A stretch of DNA of 63,072 nucleotides, filler included, from Reclinomonas americana ATCC 50394 (lineage: Eukaryota), in NCBI GenBank assembly GCA_048213135.1. It is 3 parts of 2 records of this genome, joined end to end, with 100 filler letters (N's around TTAATTAATTAA, not from the genome) between each part and the next. Parts side by side here need not be neighbours in the genome. Positions count along the whole stretch, not along the records: positions 1 to 21,069 come from PS015107.1; positions 21,170 to 52,560 come from PS015107.1; 1 more part is not named here. One strand, written 5' to 3'. Each line of letters opens with the position of its first letter. Positions within the stretch are counted from its first letter, which is position 1. The notes beneath the pieces are model-generated. The model worked only from the letters and a program-made list of their open reading frames with translations. It was not told the origin of the DNA and did not search any database. Position numbers and translations under genes: made by a program. Below are positions 13,401 through 24,889 of this stretch, in pieces.

Positions 13401-14448
13401 AAAGAGAGTGCCAGGCGTGAGAAGGACAAGGAGCAAGGCGCAGAAGAGAAAACTTCTCTGAACGAGAAGCTGCCAGCCAATGAGAATGCCACAACTGAAG
13501 AGAGACAAGGAGCAAGGCACCAAAGCGATACAACACTTGGTTGAAGAAGGGAGGAACGAGAAACCGCCAGACAAAGAGAATGCCGCACGTGAGGAGAGTC
13601 AAGGGCAAGAAACGGAAGGGCCACAGCTCGCCGAAAGGAGACAGACAAAGAGAATACAAGGTGAGAGAGACAAGGAGCAGGAAGCAGTGGAGATGACGAG
13701 AAGCCGCCAGACAAGAGAATGCCGCAGGCGAGGAGGTCGAGGACAAGACTTAAAAGGGCACTGTTGCACGGAGAGTCATGCCAACCCTCAAACTGAGAGA
13801 AGAGACCGAGGAGACGCTCCCCATCCCTCCCCTCCAGCAAACACCCTTCTCCCACCCTTCCTCCCTCCTCCTCCTTACCAATCGTCGGCGTGTACTTTGA
13901 CGAGAAGCTATGCTCCGTGTACTGCCTCACAATCGAGGTCTTCCCGGTCGCCGGCGCCCCCACCACTAAAATCTTCAACACAAACTCCGACACCGGCATG
14001 AGCTCGCCCGGCGCCAACTGCATCTGCGCCTGCCCCGCCGACGTTGTCAACGAGGCCGCTGCGGCCGAGGCCGTGTTCGCCCCCGCCAAGTTGCTGCTGC
14101 TGTGACTGTGACTGTGACTGGCCAGAGAGGAGGAGGAGATGCCGCTCACGGGTGCTGCACTGGCTGCGGTGGTTGCGGAGGAGGCGGAGGAGGATGACGA
14201 TTGCGCGGTCGTGGAATTCGCGGTCGTCGATGAGTTGCCATCTGCTGTGCGCAAATCGTGTGAGAGAACTGTGCGTGCGCGTGCGTGCGTGTGTCACCAC
14301 AAGAGCGCGTGTGTGTGTGTGTGTGACCACACTTTGGTCGTCTCATTTTTTTGCTCTCTCTTTCTTTTCTCGCGCGACGGCGCTGCTCACCTCCACCGCC
14401 TTTTCTAAACGCGCGTGTGAGCTTGTTATAGAGACCGGCCAGCGACAT
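10404..14448 (-). CDS. Atypical Rab/Ras-superfamily GTPase-like protein with long N- and C-terminal extensions
   Basis: MSLAGLYNKLTRAFRKGGG|..., LKILVVGAPATGKTS (G1), YTPTIG (G2), QFWDIPYPE (degenerate G3), VLVGNKFD (G4), FLSAKTG (G5). The downstream helical exons to the stop at 10404 are assigned with less certainty. Confidence 0.8.
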
Positions 14449-14533
14449 GATAGAGAGGCCGAGTTGAAGCCAAAGGTGCAAGTCGGTCCATTGCCGCTCT
14501 GATCACTTTGCATCAATTCGACCCATCGCTCTC

Positions 14534-16322
14534 ATGCGCGCTCTTGTTGTGTTTGCGCTCCTTGTCGTGGCGCTGCTGGCGAGCAATGCCGCGGCGCAGT
14601 GCGGATCGTGCCCGACGACGTCGGTGGCCACAGATGCGGCCACTGCATGCAGCTATGATTTCAACACGCTGATCACGAACTTGGCGCAGGAGAATGAGGG
14701 TGCGTGAGTGATAAGCGAAGAGGGGGAGGAAGAAGAGCAGTGCTGTGTGTGCGTGTGTGAGTGGGAGGAAGAAGGAGTGAGTGACAGGAGAGAAAAGAGG
14801 GGTGCGAGAAGAGAGCATCTTGTCTTGTGCATTGTGCCGTGCTCTGCGTCGCTTGTGTTCTTGCGTGCCTGTGATCAAGGAGTGCTCTTCTGTTCATTTC
14901 TCTGTATCCGGTGTGCGAGAAGCACTTTCCTCTTGATTTTTCTCTTTGTTGACGTTCTTCGTCTCCTCTGCGCACAGGCTGCACTCTGGGTGTGTACACT
15001 GACACCACTGGCCACGCGACGATTGGATACGGATTCAACGTTGCGACTCTTGTCAAGCACTACTTCCCTGCCATCCTCTCACACATTGGTACCGATACCA
15101 CAAACCACACAGCTTGTGCAATCTGGGGCGGACAGCATTCTCTCGCAGGCCGGCATCACCAATGTGTCTGTCAATGATCTTATCAATGGAGCTTGCCTGT
15201 CTCCCTCGCAGGCCACTGCCATTCTCTGTTGCGATTTCTTTCTCTCGCAGCTAACATTTACACTTGACCTTACCTTTTCTGTCGCCAGCCGTCGAGCTTG
15301 GCCAGGCCATTTCGTGCGCGCAGGGACTCGCCACCAGCTGGAGCTCTCTCCCCGTCACCGCCCAGGCTGTCATGACTGATATGGTGCGTCATGTCGGTCA
15401 CACGCATTCACCTCGTCAAGAGACTCATTGTTTTCTTGCCACAGTCGTTCAACCTCGGCTGCGGTGCGCCCTCATTTGCCACACACACACGCACACATAC
15501 TTGCACACACACACATACATACACACACACATACGCTTCCGTCTCTCTCTTCCTTCCCTCTCCTGCCTCTCACATTCCCCCTCTCCACAGGCGGCTTCTC
15601 GAGCTTCACCAACACTCTGGCCAACATCAACTCTGGCAACTGGTCTGGCGCCGTTGCGGGCATGATGAACAGCCTGTGGTGCTCGCAGGTGGGCACTCGC
15701 TGCACTCGCGATGCGGCGCTCATGGCCGACTCGGCGTCTTGCGGTGGCGGCGGCAGCGGTTCCAGCGGCTCGACGGGCTCTGGCTCCGGCAATTGTGACC
15801 CGAACTGCGCCAGCTTCTCCGGCTCCTCCGGCTGCGGCTGCAGCGCCTGCTCCGCCGGCTACTACGTCGACCAGGATGGTGTGACGTGCGACCAGTGCAC
15901 CACCGACCCGAACTGCGCGCAGGTCGGCCAGCTGTGCTCAGGCAACGGTGACACGGAGAACCAGTGCAGCTCGTGCGCCAGCGGCTACTCTGTCGATCAG
16001 GACGGTGTCACCTGCGACAGCGAGAGCTACGAGCAGGGTATGTTGTCGCGCAATCCACCCTATTGTGTCCGCTGCGGGCGTTTCTCACCGTAAACCTCCG
16101 CTTGCAGTTCCGGGCAGCAACAACAACAACAACAACTCTGGCAACTCTCGCACGCTGACGATTGTGCTGTCGACCGTCTTCTCGGTGGTCGGTGCTGCCG
16201 CAATCGCCATCTTGATCGTGCTGGTCATTCGCCACCGTCGCCGTCGTGCGCAGTCGCCGACGGAGATGGAGCTGCCGTCTCACGACAGCAGTGTCACCTA
16301 TGCGCGCATGTCGCAAGCGTGA
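14534..16322 (+). CDS. Membrane-anchored T4-type (GH24) lysozyme, copy A: signal peptide, lysozyme, one Cys-rich module, TM, cytoplasmic tail
   Basis: Spliced MRALVVFALLVVALLASNAAAQ...ENE|GCTLGVYTDTTGHATIGYGFN has the E-x8-D-x5-T spacing of T4 lysozyme. AVMTDM|SFNLGC|GGFSSFTNTLANINSGNWSGAVAGMMNSLWCSQVGTRCTR matches the T4 C-lobe pattern. TM is TLTIVLSTVFSVVGAAAIAILIVLVI, then RHRRRR and VTYARM. Confidence 0.85.
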
Positions 16323-16441
16323 GAACATTCTTTTATGTTCCACACAACTTGAGCCGCTGCAACGCAGCCGATTGTACCCTTACGACTTGATCGGTCCATT
16401 GCCCGTCTGAACACATCGCTTCAATTCGACCCATCGTTCTC

Positions 16442-18752
16442 ATGCGCGCTCTTGTTGTGTTTGCGCTCCTTGTCGTGGCGCTGCTGGCGAGCAATGCCGC
16501 GGCGCAGTGTGGATCGTGCCCGACGACGTCGGTGGCCACAGATGCGGCCACTGCATGCAGCTATGATTTCAACACACTGATCACGAACTTGGCGCAGGAG
16601 AATGAGGGTGCGTGAGTGATAAGCGAAGAGAGGGAGAGAAGAGCTGTGTGTGCGTGTGTGAGTGGGAGGAAGAAGGAGTGACGACACTTTGATGGGGGTT
16701 CAATTGGGTGAGAGAGTGGTTCAAAGTGTGTTTGTCTATCTTCTCTCTCGCGCGCTCTCTCTCTTCTCGTCTGTGCACGTGCGCGTGTGTGCATGTATGC
16801 GTGAGATGCGAGTGTGTGCGAGAAGAAGAGTGCGCATCTTGTCAGTCACACATAATTTTTTGTGCGCCTCTTCTGCTCATGTCACGCGCGCACACACACG
16901 CGCTCTCCTCTGCTTGCGCATGTGCGCCACTCTTGTGCGTGCGCGCTGCTCTCTCATCACGCATGATGCCCATGTCACATTTTTAGACTGAGCGCGAGAA
17001 GTTTTTTCTCATTGCGTTCTTCGTCTCCTCTGCGCACCAGGCTGCACCCTGGGTGTGTACACTGACACTACTGGTCATGCGACGATTGGATACGGATTCA
17101 ACGTTGCGACATGAATTTTTTTATTGTTCTCTCCAGCACAATCCATTTATTGACTGCTGGTGGATGATGATGATGATCGCAGCTCGTGCAATCCGGCGCC
17201 GATAGCATTCTCTCGCAGGCTGGCATCACCAATGTGTCTGTCAATGATCTTATCAATGGAGCTTGCCTGTCGCCCTCGCAGGCCACTGCCATTCTCTGTT
17301 GCGATTACTTTCTCTTGCAGCTAACATTTACACTTGATCTTACCTTTTCTGTTGCCAGCCGTCGAGCTTGGCCAGGCCATCTCGTGCGCGCAGGGACTCG
17401 CCACCAGCTGGAGCTCTCTCCCCGTCACCGCCCAGGCTGTCATGACTGATATGGTGCGTCATGTCGGTCACACGCATTCACTTGGTCAAGAGACTGACCG
17501 TTTTTCTCATTCCACGCAGTCCTTCAACCTCGGCTGCGGTGCGCCCTCACTTGCCACACACACATACACACCAAAAGAACCCACCCACACACGCAAACGC
17601 ACCACGCACACACACAAACACACCACACACAAAAGCACACCACACTTTCTCTCTCTCACACACACACTCACTCGCTTCCGTCTCCCTCTCACCACCCTTC
17701 CCTCTCCACACTCCCCCTCTCCACAGGCGGCTTCTCGAGCTTTACCAACACGCTGTCGAACATCAACTCTGGCAACTGGTCTGGCGCCGTGTCGGGCATG
17801 ATGAACAGCCTGTGGTGCTCGCAGGTCGGCAACCGCTGCACTCGTGACTCGGCTCTCATGGCCGATTCGGCGTACTGCGGTGGCGGTGGTGGCAGCGGCA
17901 GTAGCAGTGGCAGCGGCTCCGGCTCCAGCGGCTCGGGCTCTGGCTCGACCCAGTGCGACCCGAACTGCGCCACCTTCTCCAGCTCCACCGGCTGTGGCTG
18001 CAGCGCCTGCTCTGCTGGCTACTACGTCGACCAGGATGGCGTGACGTGCGACCAGTGCACCACCGACCCGAACTGCGCGCAGGTCGGTCAGCTGTGCTCG
18101 GGCAACGGCGACACGGAGAACCAGTGCAGCTCGTGCGCCAGCGGCTACTCGCTTGATTCGGATGGCGTCGACTGCGACTCGAGCAGCAGCGGCTCGACGG
18201 GCTCTGGCTCCGGCAACTGCGACCCGAACTGCGCCACCTTCACCGGCGCGACTGGCTGCGGCTGCAGCGCGTGCGCTGCCGGCTACTACGTCGACCAGGA
18301 TGGCGTGACGTGCGATCAGTGCACCACCGACCCGAACTGCACTCAGGTGGGCCAGCTGTGCTCCGGCAATGGTGACACCGAGAACCAGTGCAGCTCGTGC
18401 GCCAGCGGTTACACCGTCGACCAGGACGGCGTCGACTGCGACAGCGAGAGCTACGAGCAGGGTATGCCACTCACGAACTCACTTCTTCCTTGTCGCTGCT
18501 CTTGTGCTGTGCTCAACCTTCCCCTCCCCTGCAGTGCCGGGCAGCAGCAACAACAACAACAACTCTGGCAACTCGCGCACGCTGACGATTGTGCTGTCGA
18601 CGGTGTTCTCGGTGATTGGTGTTGCCGCCCTCGCCATCTTGGTGGTGCTGGTGATGCGCCAGCGTCGCCGCCGCGCTCAGGCGCCGGCGGACATGGAGCT
18701 GCCGACTCACGACAGCCGTGTCACCTATGCGCGCATGCAGGTGCAGGCTTGA
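16442..18752 (+). CDS. Membrane-anchored T4-type (GH24) lysozyme, copy B, with two Cys-rich modules
   Basis: Exons are near-identical to copy A with the same intron positions. The CDPNC...DGVxCD module occurs twice (about 17954-18177 and 18218-18442). Ends VTYARMQVQA*. Confidence 0.85.
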
Positions 18753-18803
18753 GCGGTATTTTTTCCCGTTCCTTTTGNNNNNNNNNNNNNNNNNNNNNNN
18801 NNN

Positions 18804-18911
18804 CTGCTCACCAGGACCATAAGGCAGCTGAAGGCGCAAGATAAGAAGCAGGCCGAGGCCGAGATGCAGAAGCACCTGGACGAGGGCTCAACCATGGCCA
18901 CCCTCTACTGA
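18804..18911 (+). CDS. C-terminal coding fragment on a small contig, probably the end of the 19143-19878 gene (contig inverted)
   Basis: Reads LLTRTIRQLKAQDKKQAEAEMQKHLDEGSTMATLY* from the contig edge. The neighbouring minus-strand gene breaks off at RRQQ at an N-gap. Confidence 0.5.
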   Translation: MLTRTIRQLKAQDKKQAEAEMQKHLDEGSTMATLY

Positions 18912-19142
18912 AATTGTATTAAACCCCGCACCAATCACACATATATACAGTCGGGACGGCGCATCATTCATTGGGCATCCACGACGGAGAGGGACAGAGT
19001 GGGGAGGTTAAAACAAAAAGGGAGATGGCAACAACAGGAACACAATTTCTCTCCCCCTTTTCTTTCCTTGCAATACAACACAAAACTGGGCACACACCCG
19101 GTGGCCCACAGAACGCAAAAAANNNNNNNNNNNNNNNNNNNN

Positions 19143-19878
19143 CTGCTGCCTCCTCACGGGCGTCACGTAGTCCTTGGGCGCGGCGGCCCCTCGCCCGCCC
19201 GTGGCCGCCCTCTTCGCCTTGCTCTTCTCCACCGCCACATCGACCTTGGTCGGCGACTTGTCCCGCGGATCGACATACGTCGACACATTCCATCCGGTCT
19301 TGCCCTCCAGCGCCTCATTCACCGGCAGCTCGCACCGCGAATTCATCGTCACATTCTTGCTCAACAGCCGCTGCTTCTGCTTCTCGTCCAGCAGCAGACG
19401 CGGATCCAGTCGAAATTTGGTGGTGCCCGCCGAAGGCGGCACATACTCTGTCTCGCGAAACACCTCCGGCAGCTTCTCCGCGCGGTAATTGTACTCCATG
19501 CGCGTGGCCTGATAGGCGTGATTGACGCGCATCTGCGCGCGGTCCTCCACCACGTGCCGATCCAAATTCACGCTCTGATTCCACGGCGTCCGTCCACCGA
19601 CCAGCGTCCGTGGCTGCAGATCCAGCAACGTCGCGTGCCGCAGCTCGCGCACGTGCTGTGGGACCTTGGTGGCGTCGAACACGGCCTCGCTGGCGGGGAA
19701 GTTGATGTTGGGGGCGGTGTCGATGCTGTTAAAGGAGAGAGAGAGAGAGAGGGAAGGTGAGCAGGTGCGAGAGAGCGAGGGAGAGGGAGGGAGGGAGGGA
19801 GAAGGAAAAGGAGAGAGCTACGAACCTTCCGGGTTGGCCGGCAAATTTGCTGGCGGCCTTTCCTCTTCGTTCTGCCAT
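19143..19878 (-). CDS. Hypothetical basic protein, 3'-truncated by a gap
   Basis: Exon 1 MAERRGKAASKFAGQPG|gt, then a large GC-rich exon IDTAPNINFPASEAVFDATKVP...KDYVTPVRRQQ. Confidence 0.65.
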
Positions 19879-20312
19879 GGAGAAACGCTGGAGGGAGTGA
19901 GAGAGAGAGAAAGTGAGTGTCAGAGTGAGGAGTGCAAGAGTCAAGAGCAGGGAGCAAACACACGCACCGACTTGTGATTGAAAAACGCTCGTGGACAGAT
20001 TGAAGGATGAGTCACTGCAAGTGGACAGATGCGCTTGATCGAGATGGGGGCTTGATGAGAGGGGGCGGGTGAATGCTTGCTCCGTGTCGACGAGTGTGCG
20101 TATGTGAGCAAGCGAGCGACGAAGACAGATCGCAGCGTCGACCGTGGACAAACACCGATGAGTCATCGCGACTGGACAAACACTTTTCATCGACGAGAGA
20201 GACATGAGGTGCGTGCGTCTGTCTGCATGAGTGGCACTTTGTGCATGTATCACACGCGAGAGAGCGAGTGAGTGAGATTGCGTGTGCAGCACATAGCGCC
20301 ATGTTACACACG

Positions 20313-21030
20313 ATGGCGGCAACTCTGTGCACGCACACACACTCTCTCACACGCACACAGAGCACAGAGATCAGACAGAGCACTCCCTTGCCTCTCTCTT
20401 CTCCCACCCTCCCCCCCCCTCTCTCTCCCTCGAAAAAAAGCAAGGAGTCAACTCACACTTGTCCCACAGCATCCAGTTCTCTCTTGGCGGCAACAAAGAC
20501 CACAAGAGCGCAGCTGCATCAGCTGCTGCTCCTGCAGCAGCAGGAGTGCGCTTCGCAGCAGCACCAGCACCACCCGCTGCTGCATTCGGGCACGACTCTG
20601 ACGACGAGGAGGAGATTGAGCGGCGTCGACTGGGCATTGGACGCACCGAGATGATCGACTCGATGGCCGGTGGACGCATGCGAGGGTACCTACACACCAG
20701 TACCGCTTCATCAGTTTCCTCCCGCGCTTATTTGCATTTCGTCATGTTTGTGTAGATCGGGACCGGCAGCTGCGGAAGACGCGCCGATTGTCATTCCATG
20801 TCAGGGCAATTCGTGGCAGCCGGGCTCGCGCGAGTCTCTGCCGTTGGTGTCGATGGCGGCGGGGCGGGTGAGTGAGGCGGCCAAGATGGAGGAGGCGGCG
20901 GCGGTGGATACGGCGGCGACGGCGGCGACGCGGTCGACGCATTTGCTGCCCAAGTCGATGAAGGTGGATGAGGGGAGAAGTGAGGAGGAGATGGCGTTGG
21001 ATAGGATGGCGGCGGATGCGATTTTGCAAG
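20313..21030 (+). CDS. 5' part of a possible GPKOW/MOS2/Spp2-like splicing factor; truncated at scaffold end
   Basis: Spliced MAATL|IQFSLGG...FGHDSDDEEE...|...APIVIPCQGNSWQP...LDRMAADAILQ. The FSL and VIP-x3-N-x-W-x-P motifs recall MOS2/GPKOW N-termini. The G-patch itself is not in view. Confidence 0.4.
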
Positions 21031-21113
21031 GTCAATGGGGGAAGGAAAGGGGAAGGGAGGGAGGGTAAANNNNNNNNNNNNNNNNNNNNNNNNNNNNNNN
21101 NNNNNNNNNNNNN

Positions 21114-21125
21114 TTAATTAATTAA
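21114..21125. other. Artificial six-frame-stop linker joining scaffolds
   Basis: TTAATTAATTAA flanked by N-runs on both sides; the gene to its left is cut. Confidence 0.9.
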
Positions 21126-21704
21126 NNNNNNNNNNNNNNNNNNNNNNNNNNNNNNNNNNNNNNNNNNNNAGATGGAGAAAGGAGTCTTATCATCCAGAGT
21201 TACCACAAGGTGGCATGGGTTCTTGCCTGTGGGAAGAGAGTACAGCATTGAGACGCTCAGGTACAGTCTTTGCGCAACTTGGCCAAGGTCAAGGGAATGA
21301 GTCTATCTGTCAGTTCTTTCCTTTCCTCTTGCTCTCTTTCTCTCCCTCTATGACATCCTGTCGCTTTCCTCTTATTCTCCCATCCAGTCCCTTTTCACTT
21401 TCCTTGCTGTATTTGTGAGCGGAGAAACTTGACTCATCGTCACAGAGCCTGTCGAGGGGTCGTTCGGGTAACTGAAGAGGAATGGCAAGGAGAGTCTATC
21501 ATCGTGTCATTCATTGTCCTCGACTACGCCGTGCACAACTCGGTGGCAAGCCCTGCCGCCCCCGCGCCCGCAAAACAGCAAACCCCATTCACCCACAATA
21601 CTCGACGAACTCCCCATCAAGGAGATCGGCGGATTTAACGCACAGAGAGCAGCAGAGCCAGCCACCAAGCCGCACAACAGAGTCCCGGACAGCGGAGGAC
21701 CAGA

Positions 21705-23097
21705 TCATCGCTTGACCCACTGGAAATTCTTGCGTGCCTTCTTCTGGCCCGGCTTCTTCCTTTCCACCATGCGCGGATCACGCGTCAGCATGCCCTCTGT
21801 GTCACCAATGTCAGTGGGACTTGCGCACACGAGTGAGAGCGCGATAGAACTGACCCTTTTTCAATGCTGGTCGCAGGGAGCCGTCCATGGCCTGCAATGC
21901 TCGAGCAATGCCGTGGCGGATTGCGCCCGATTGACCTGGCAGAGAGGGGAGGGTGAGATGAAGGGGCATGGGGAGAGGATGGGGGGAGAGGGATNNNNNN
22001 NNNNNNNNNNNNNNNNNNNNNNNNNNNNNNNNNNNNNNNNNNNNNNNNNNNNNNNNNNNNNNNNNNNNNNNNNNNNNNNNNNNNNNNNNNNNNNNNNNNN
22101 NNNNNNNNNNNNNNNNNNNNNNNNNNNNNNNNNNNNNNNNNNNNNNNNNNNNNNNNNNNNNNNNNNNNNNNNNNNNNNNNNNNNNNNNNNNNNNNNNNNN
22201 NNNNNNNNNNNNNNNNNNNNNNNNNNNNNNNNNNNNNNNNNNNNNNNNNNNNNNNNNNNNNNNNNNNNNNNNNNNNNNNNNNNNNNNNNNNNNNNNNNNN
22301 NNNNNNNNNNNNNNNNNNNNNNNNNNNNNNNNNNNNNNNNNNNNNNNNNNNNNNNNNNNNNNGATGGGAGAGCGATGGGAGAGCGATGGGGAGAGCGATG
22401 GGGAGAGCGATGGGGGAGAGAGGATGCGGGAGAGGATGGGGGAGCGATGGGGGAGAGGGTGGGGATGAAAAGCAAGGGTGGGAAGAGATGAGCGACGAAG
22501 AAAAGAATGAGCGAAGGTGTGAGAGAGAGAGAAAATGGACAAAAAAGGACAAGTTCTCGAGAGGATGTACAAGAGAGAATGCGCATTAACAGACTAGATG
22601 AGGATTCTATGACTGTCCCTTCTCCTCATCAAACTCACCAGTATGACCACCACCATGTACCAACACATCGATTTGCACACGCCCCAACACATCCGACGTC
22701 GTCAACGGCGCAATCGCCGCCTCCCTGTGTGCCACCCGCGGGAAGTACTCGGCAATCGACATCCACGCCGAGGTTGGCGAGAATGCGTTGCGCACGCGCA
22801 GTGATTCGTGCAGCTCAATCGGACCCGTCGATGTGTGGCGAATCCACACACGTGCCACGCTCTCCTTGCGTCGGCCAGTGCCGTAGGCGCGGCCGTCGGG
22901 GGCGATGAAGCCGGGGCCGAAGGAGGACTGTCGAAAAAGGGAAAGTGAGCAGGAGACAAATAGCTGGGAGAGACAGGCTGGCGACAAGAGAAGCGAGAGG
23001 AATGCGAAGAGTGCACGTGATACAATGAGCAGCAAGTGGGCTCAAATGTGCAAAGAACGCTGGCGGGAGAAGGAACAAGTGGAAAGGCAGAGATCGC

Positions 23098-23141
<44 letters not shown>

Positions 23142-24823
23142 GAGAGAGAGAGAGAGTAGAGACGAACGAACGACGACGACACGACGACGAACGGACGGTA
23201 CACGAGGACGACGACGAACGAACNNNNNNNNNNNNNNNNNNNNNNNNNNNNNNNNNNNNNNNNNNNNNNNNNNNNNNNNNNNNNNNNNNNNNNNNNNNNN
23301 NNNNNNNNNNNNNNNNNNNNNNNNNNNNNNNNNNNNNNNNNNNNNNNNNNNNNNNNNNNNNNNNNNNNNNNNNNNNNNNNNNNNNNNNNNNNNNNNNNNN
23401 NNNNNNNNNNNNNNNNNNNNNNNNNNNNNNNNNNNNNNNNNNNNNNNNNNNNNNNNNNNNNNNNNNNNNNNNNNNNNNNNNNNNNNNNNNNNNNNNNNNN
23501 NNNNNNNNNNNNNNNNNNNNNNNNNNNNNNNNNNNNNNNNNNNNNNNNNNNNNNNNNNNNNNNNNNNNNNNNNNNNNNNNNNNNNNNNNNNNNNNNNNNN
23601 NNNNNNNNNNNNNNNNNNNNNNNNNNNNNNNNNNNNNNNNNNNNNNNNNNNNNNNNNNNNNNNNNNNNNNNNNNNNNNNNNNNNNNNNNNNNNNNNNNNN
23701 NNNNNNNNNNNNNNNNNNNNNNNNNNNNNNNNNNNNNNNNNNNNNNNNNNNNNNNNNNNNNNNNNNNNNNNNNNNNNNNNNNNNNNNNNNNNNNNNNNNN
23801 NNNNNNNNNNCGCCTGGGTACGTTCAATGTGGAAACGGATGTGGAGGAACACGAGGCACGCAAAACAAGAGTAACCAGAGAGATGTGGGAACCAGAACAG
23901 CACGAGAGACAGAGAGCGCAAAAGAGGCGATTGAGGTGCAGAACACGAGACAAGAGTGGAAGGCAACGAAGAGCGCAGCAACAAAGGCTCAGGAAAGCAC
24001 AAGAAAGCGTGATCGAAGTGCGGCATTGGAAGAGTAAACGAGAGCATCCCGAATGATGCAGGCTCAACAACAGCGAGGCAAGATAACACGACAGATAGAG
24101 AGTGTAAGAAAGATGATTGAAGCGCACAAACTCGAGATGAGAGTGGAGGGCAACCGACAGCAGAGCACAGAAGTGCTGTAATTGAAGTGCAGTAACGAGA
24201 GTGGAATGCAAACACGCGAGCAGCAAAGGCTCACGAATGCAAGGTGGAAAGGCAGAGATCGCTGCACAGAGAGAGAGAGAGAGAGAGAGATAGAGAGACA
24301 GTGTGTGTGAGAGAGAGACTGGAATGCAAACGACAGCACAGCACAGGGCTCAAGCGAGCAGCAAAGGCACACGCAGACGTCTTGAGCACGATCAAAGTGT
24401 GGCACTTGAAGCACAGGAGAGCTGAATGCAAACGACAGCACAAAACACGAGACAGAGTGCCATTGAATGCAATTGATTCACCCATGCACCTCCTCCCTTC
24501 CCCTCTCTCTCCCCTCTTTCCCTCGCCCCTCCCAGTCATCGCATGCCCGCCACACACACCTGCTCGCCCTGCCCCTCCTGCACACCCGCACCACCTTCCG
24601 CCTTTGCCGCCGCCGCCGCCTCCTTCTTATCATACTTATCAAAGCCCTTGCGCACACGCAACAGGTGCCGTTGCCGCTCCTCCCACGCACTTTGCTCACT
24701 CAACAACTGCGCCACATCCGCCGCCGCAGACGGAAGCGGCGGGAACAGCGCACGCGACACACGCAAGAACCCAGAGCTGGGGCCTGCAGCAGTCGAAAAG
24801 AGACGCATACGAGTCGCCAGCAT
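21705..24823 (-). CDS. MRPS9: Mitochondrial ribosomal protein uS9m
   Basis: Presequence-like [11 protein letters not shown], then [36 protein letters not shown] and [29 protein letters not shown]. Confidence 0.93.
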
Positions 24824-24889
24824 GGTGGCCGCGATTGAAGTTGCATGGATAGACACCCAGTCGACCGATACCACCGCATCACACACACA

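Noticed and set aside
21114-21125. TTAATTAATTAA palindrome, also at 52605
   Set aside because: It is embedded in N-runs and is an artificial linker. Gene adjacency across these points has no biological meaning.
21170-21700. Possible 3' end of a plus-strand gene at the scaffold start
   Set aside because: No frame or family could be supported.
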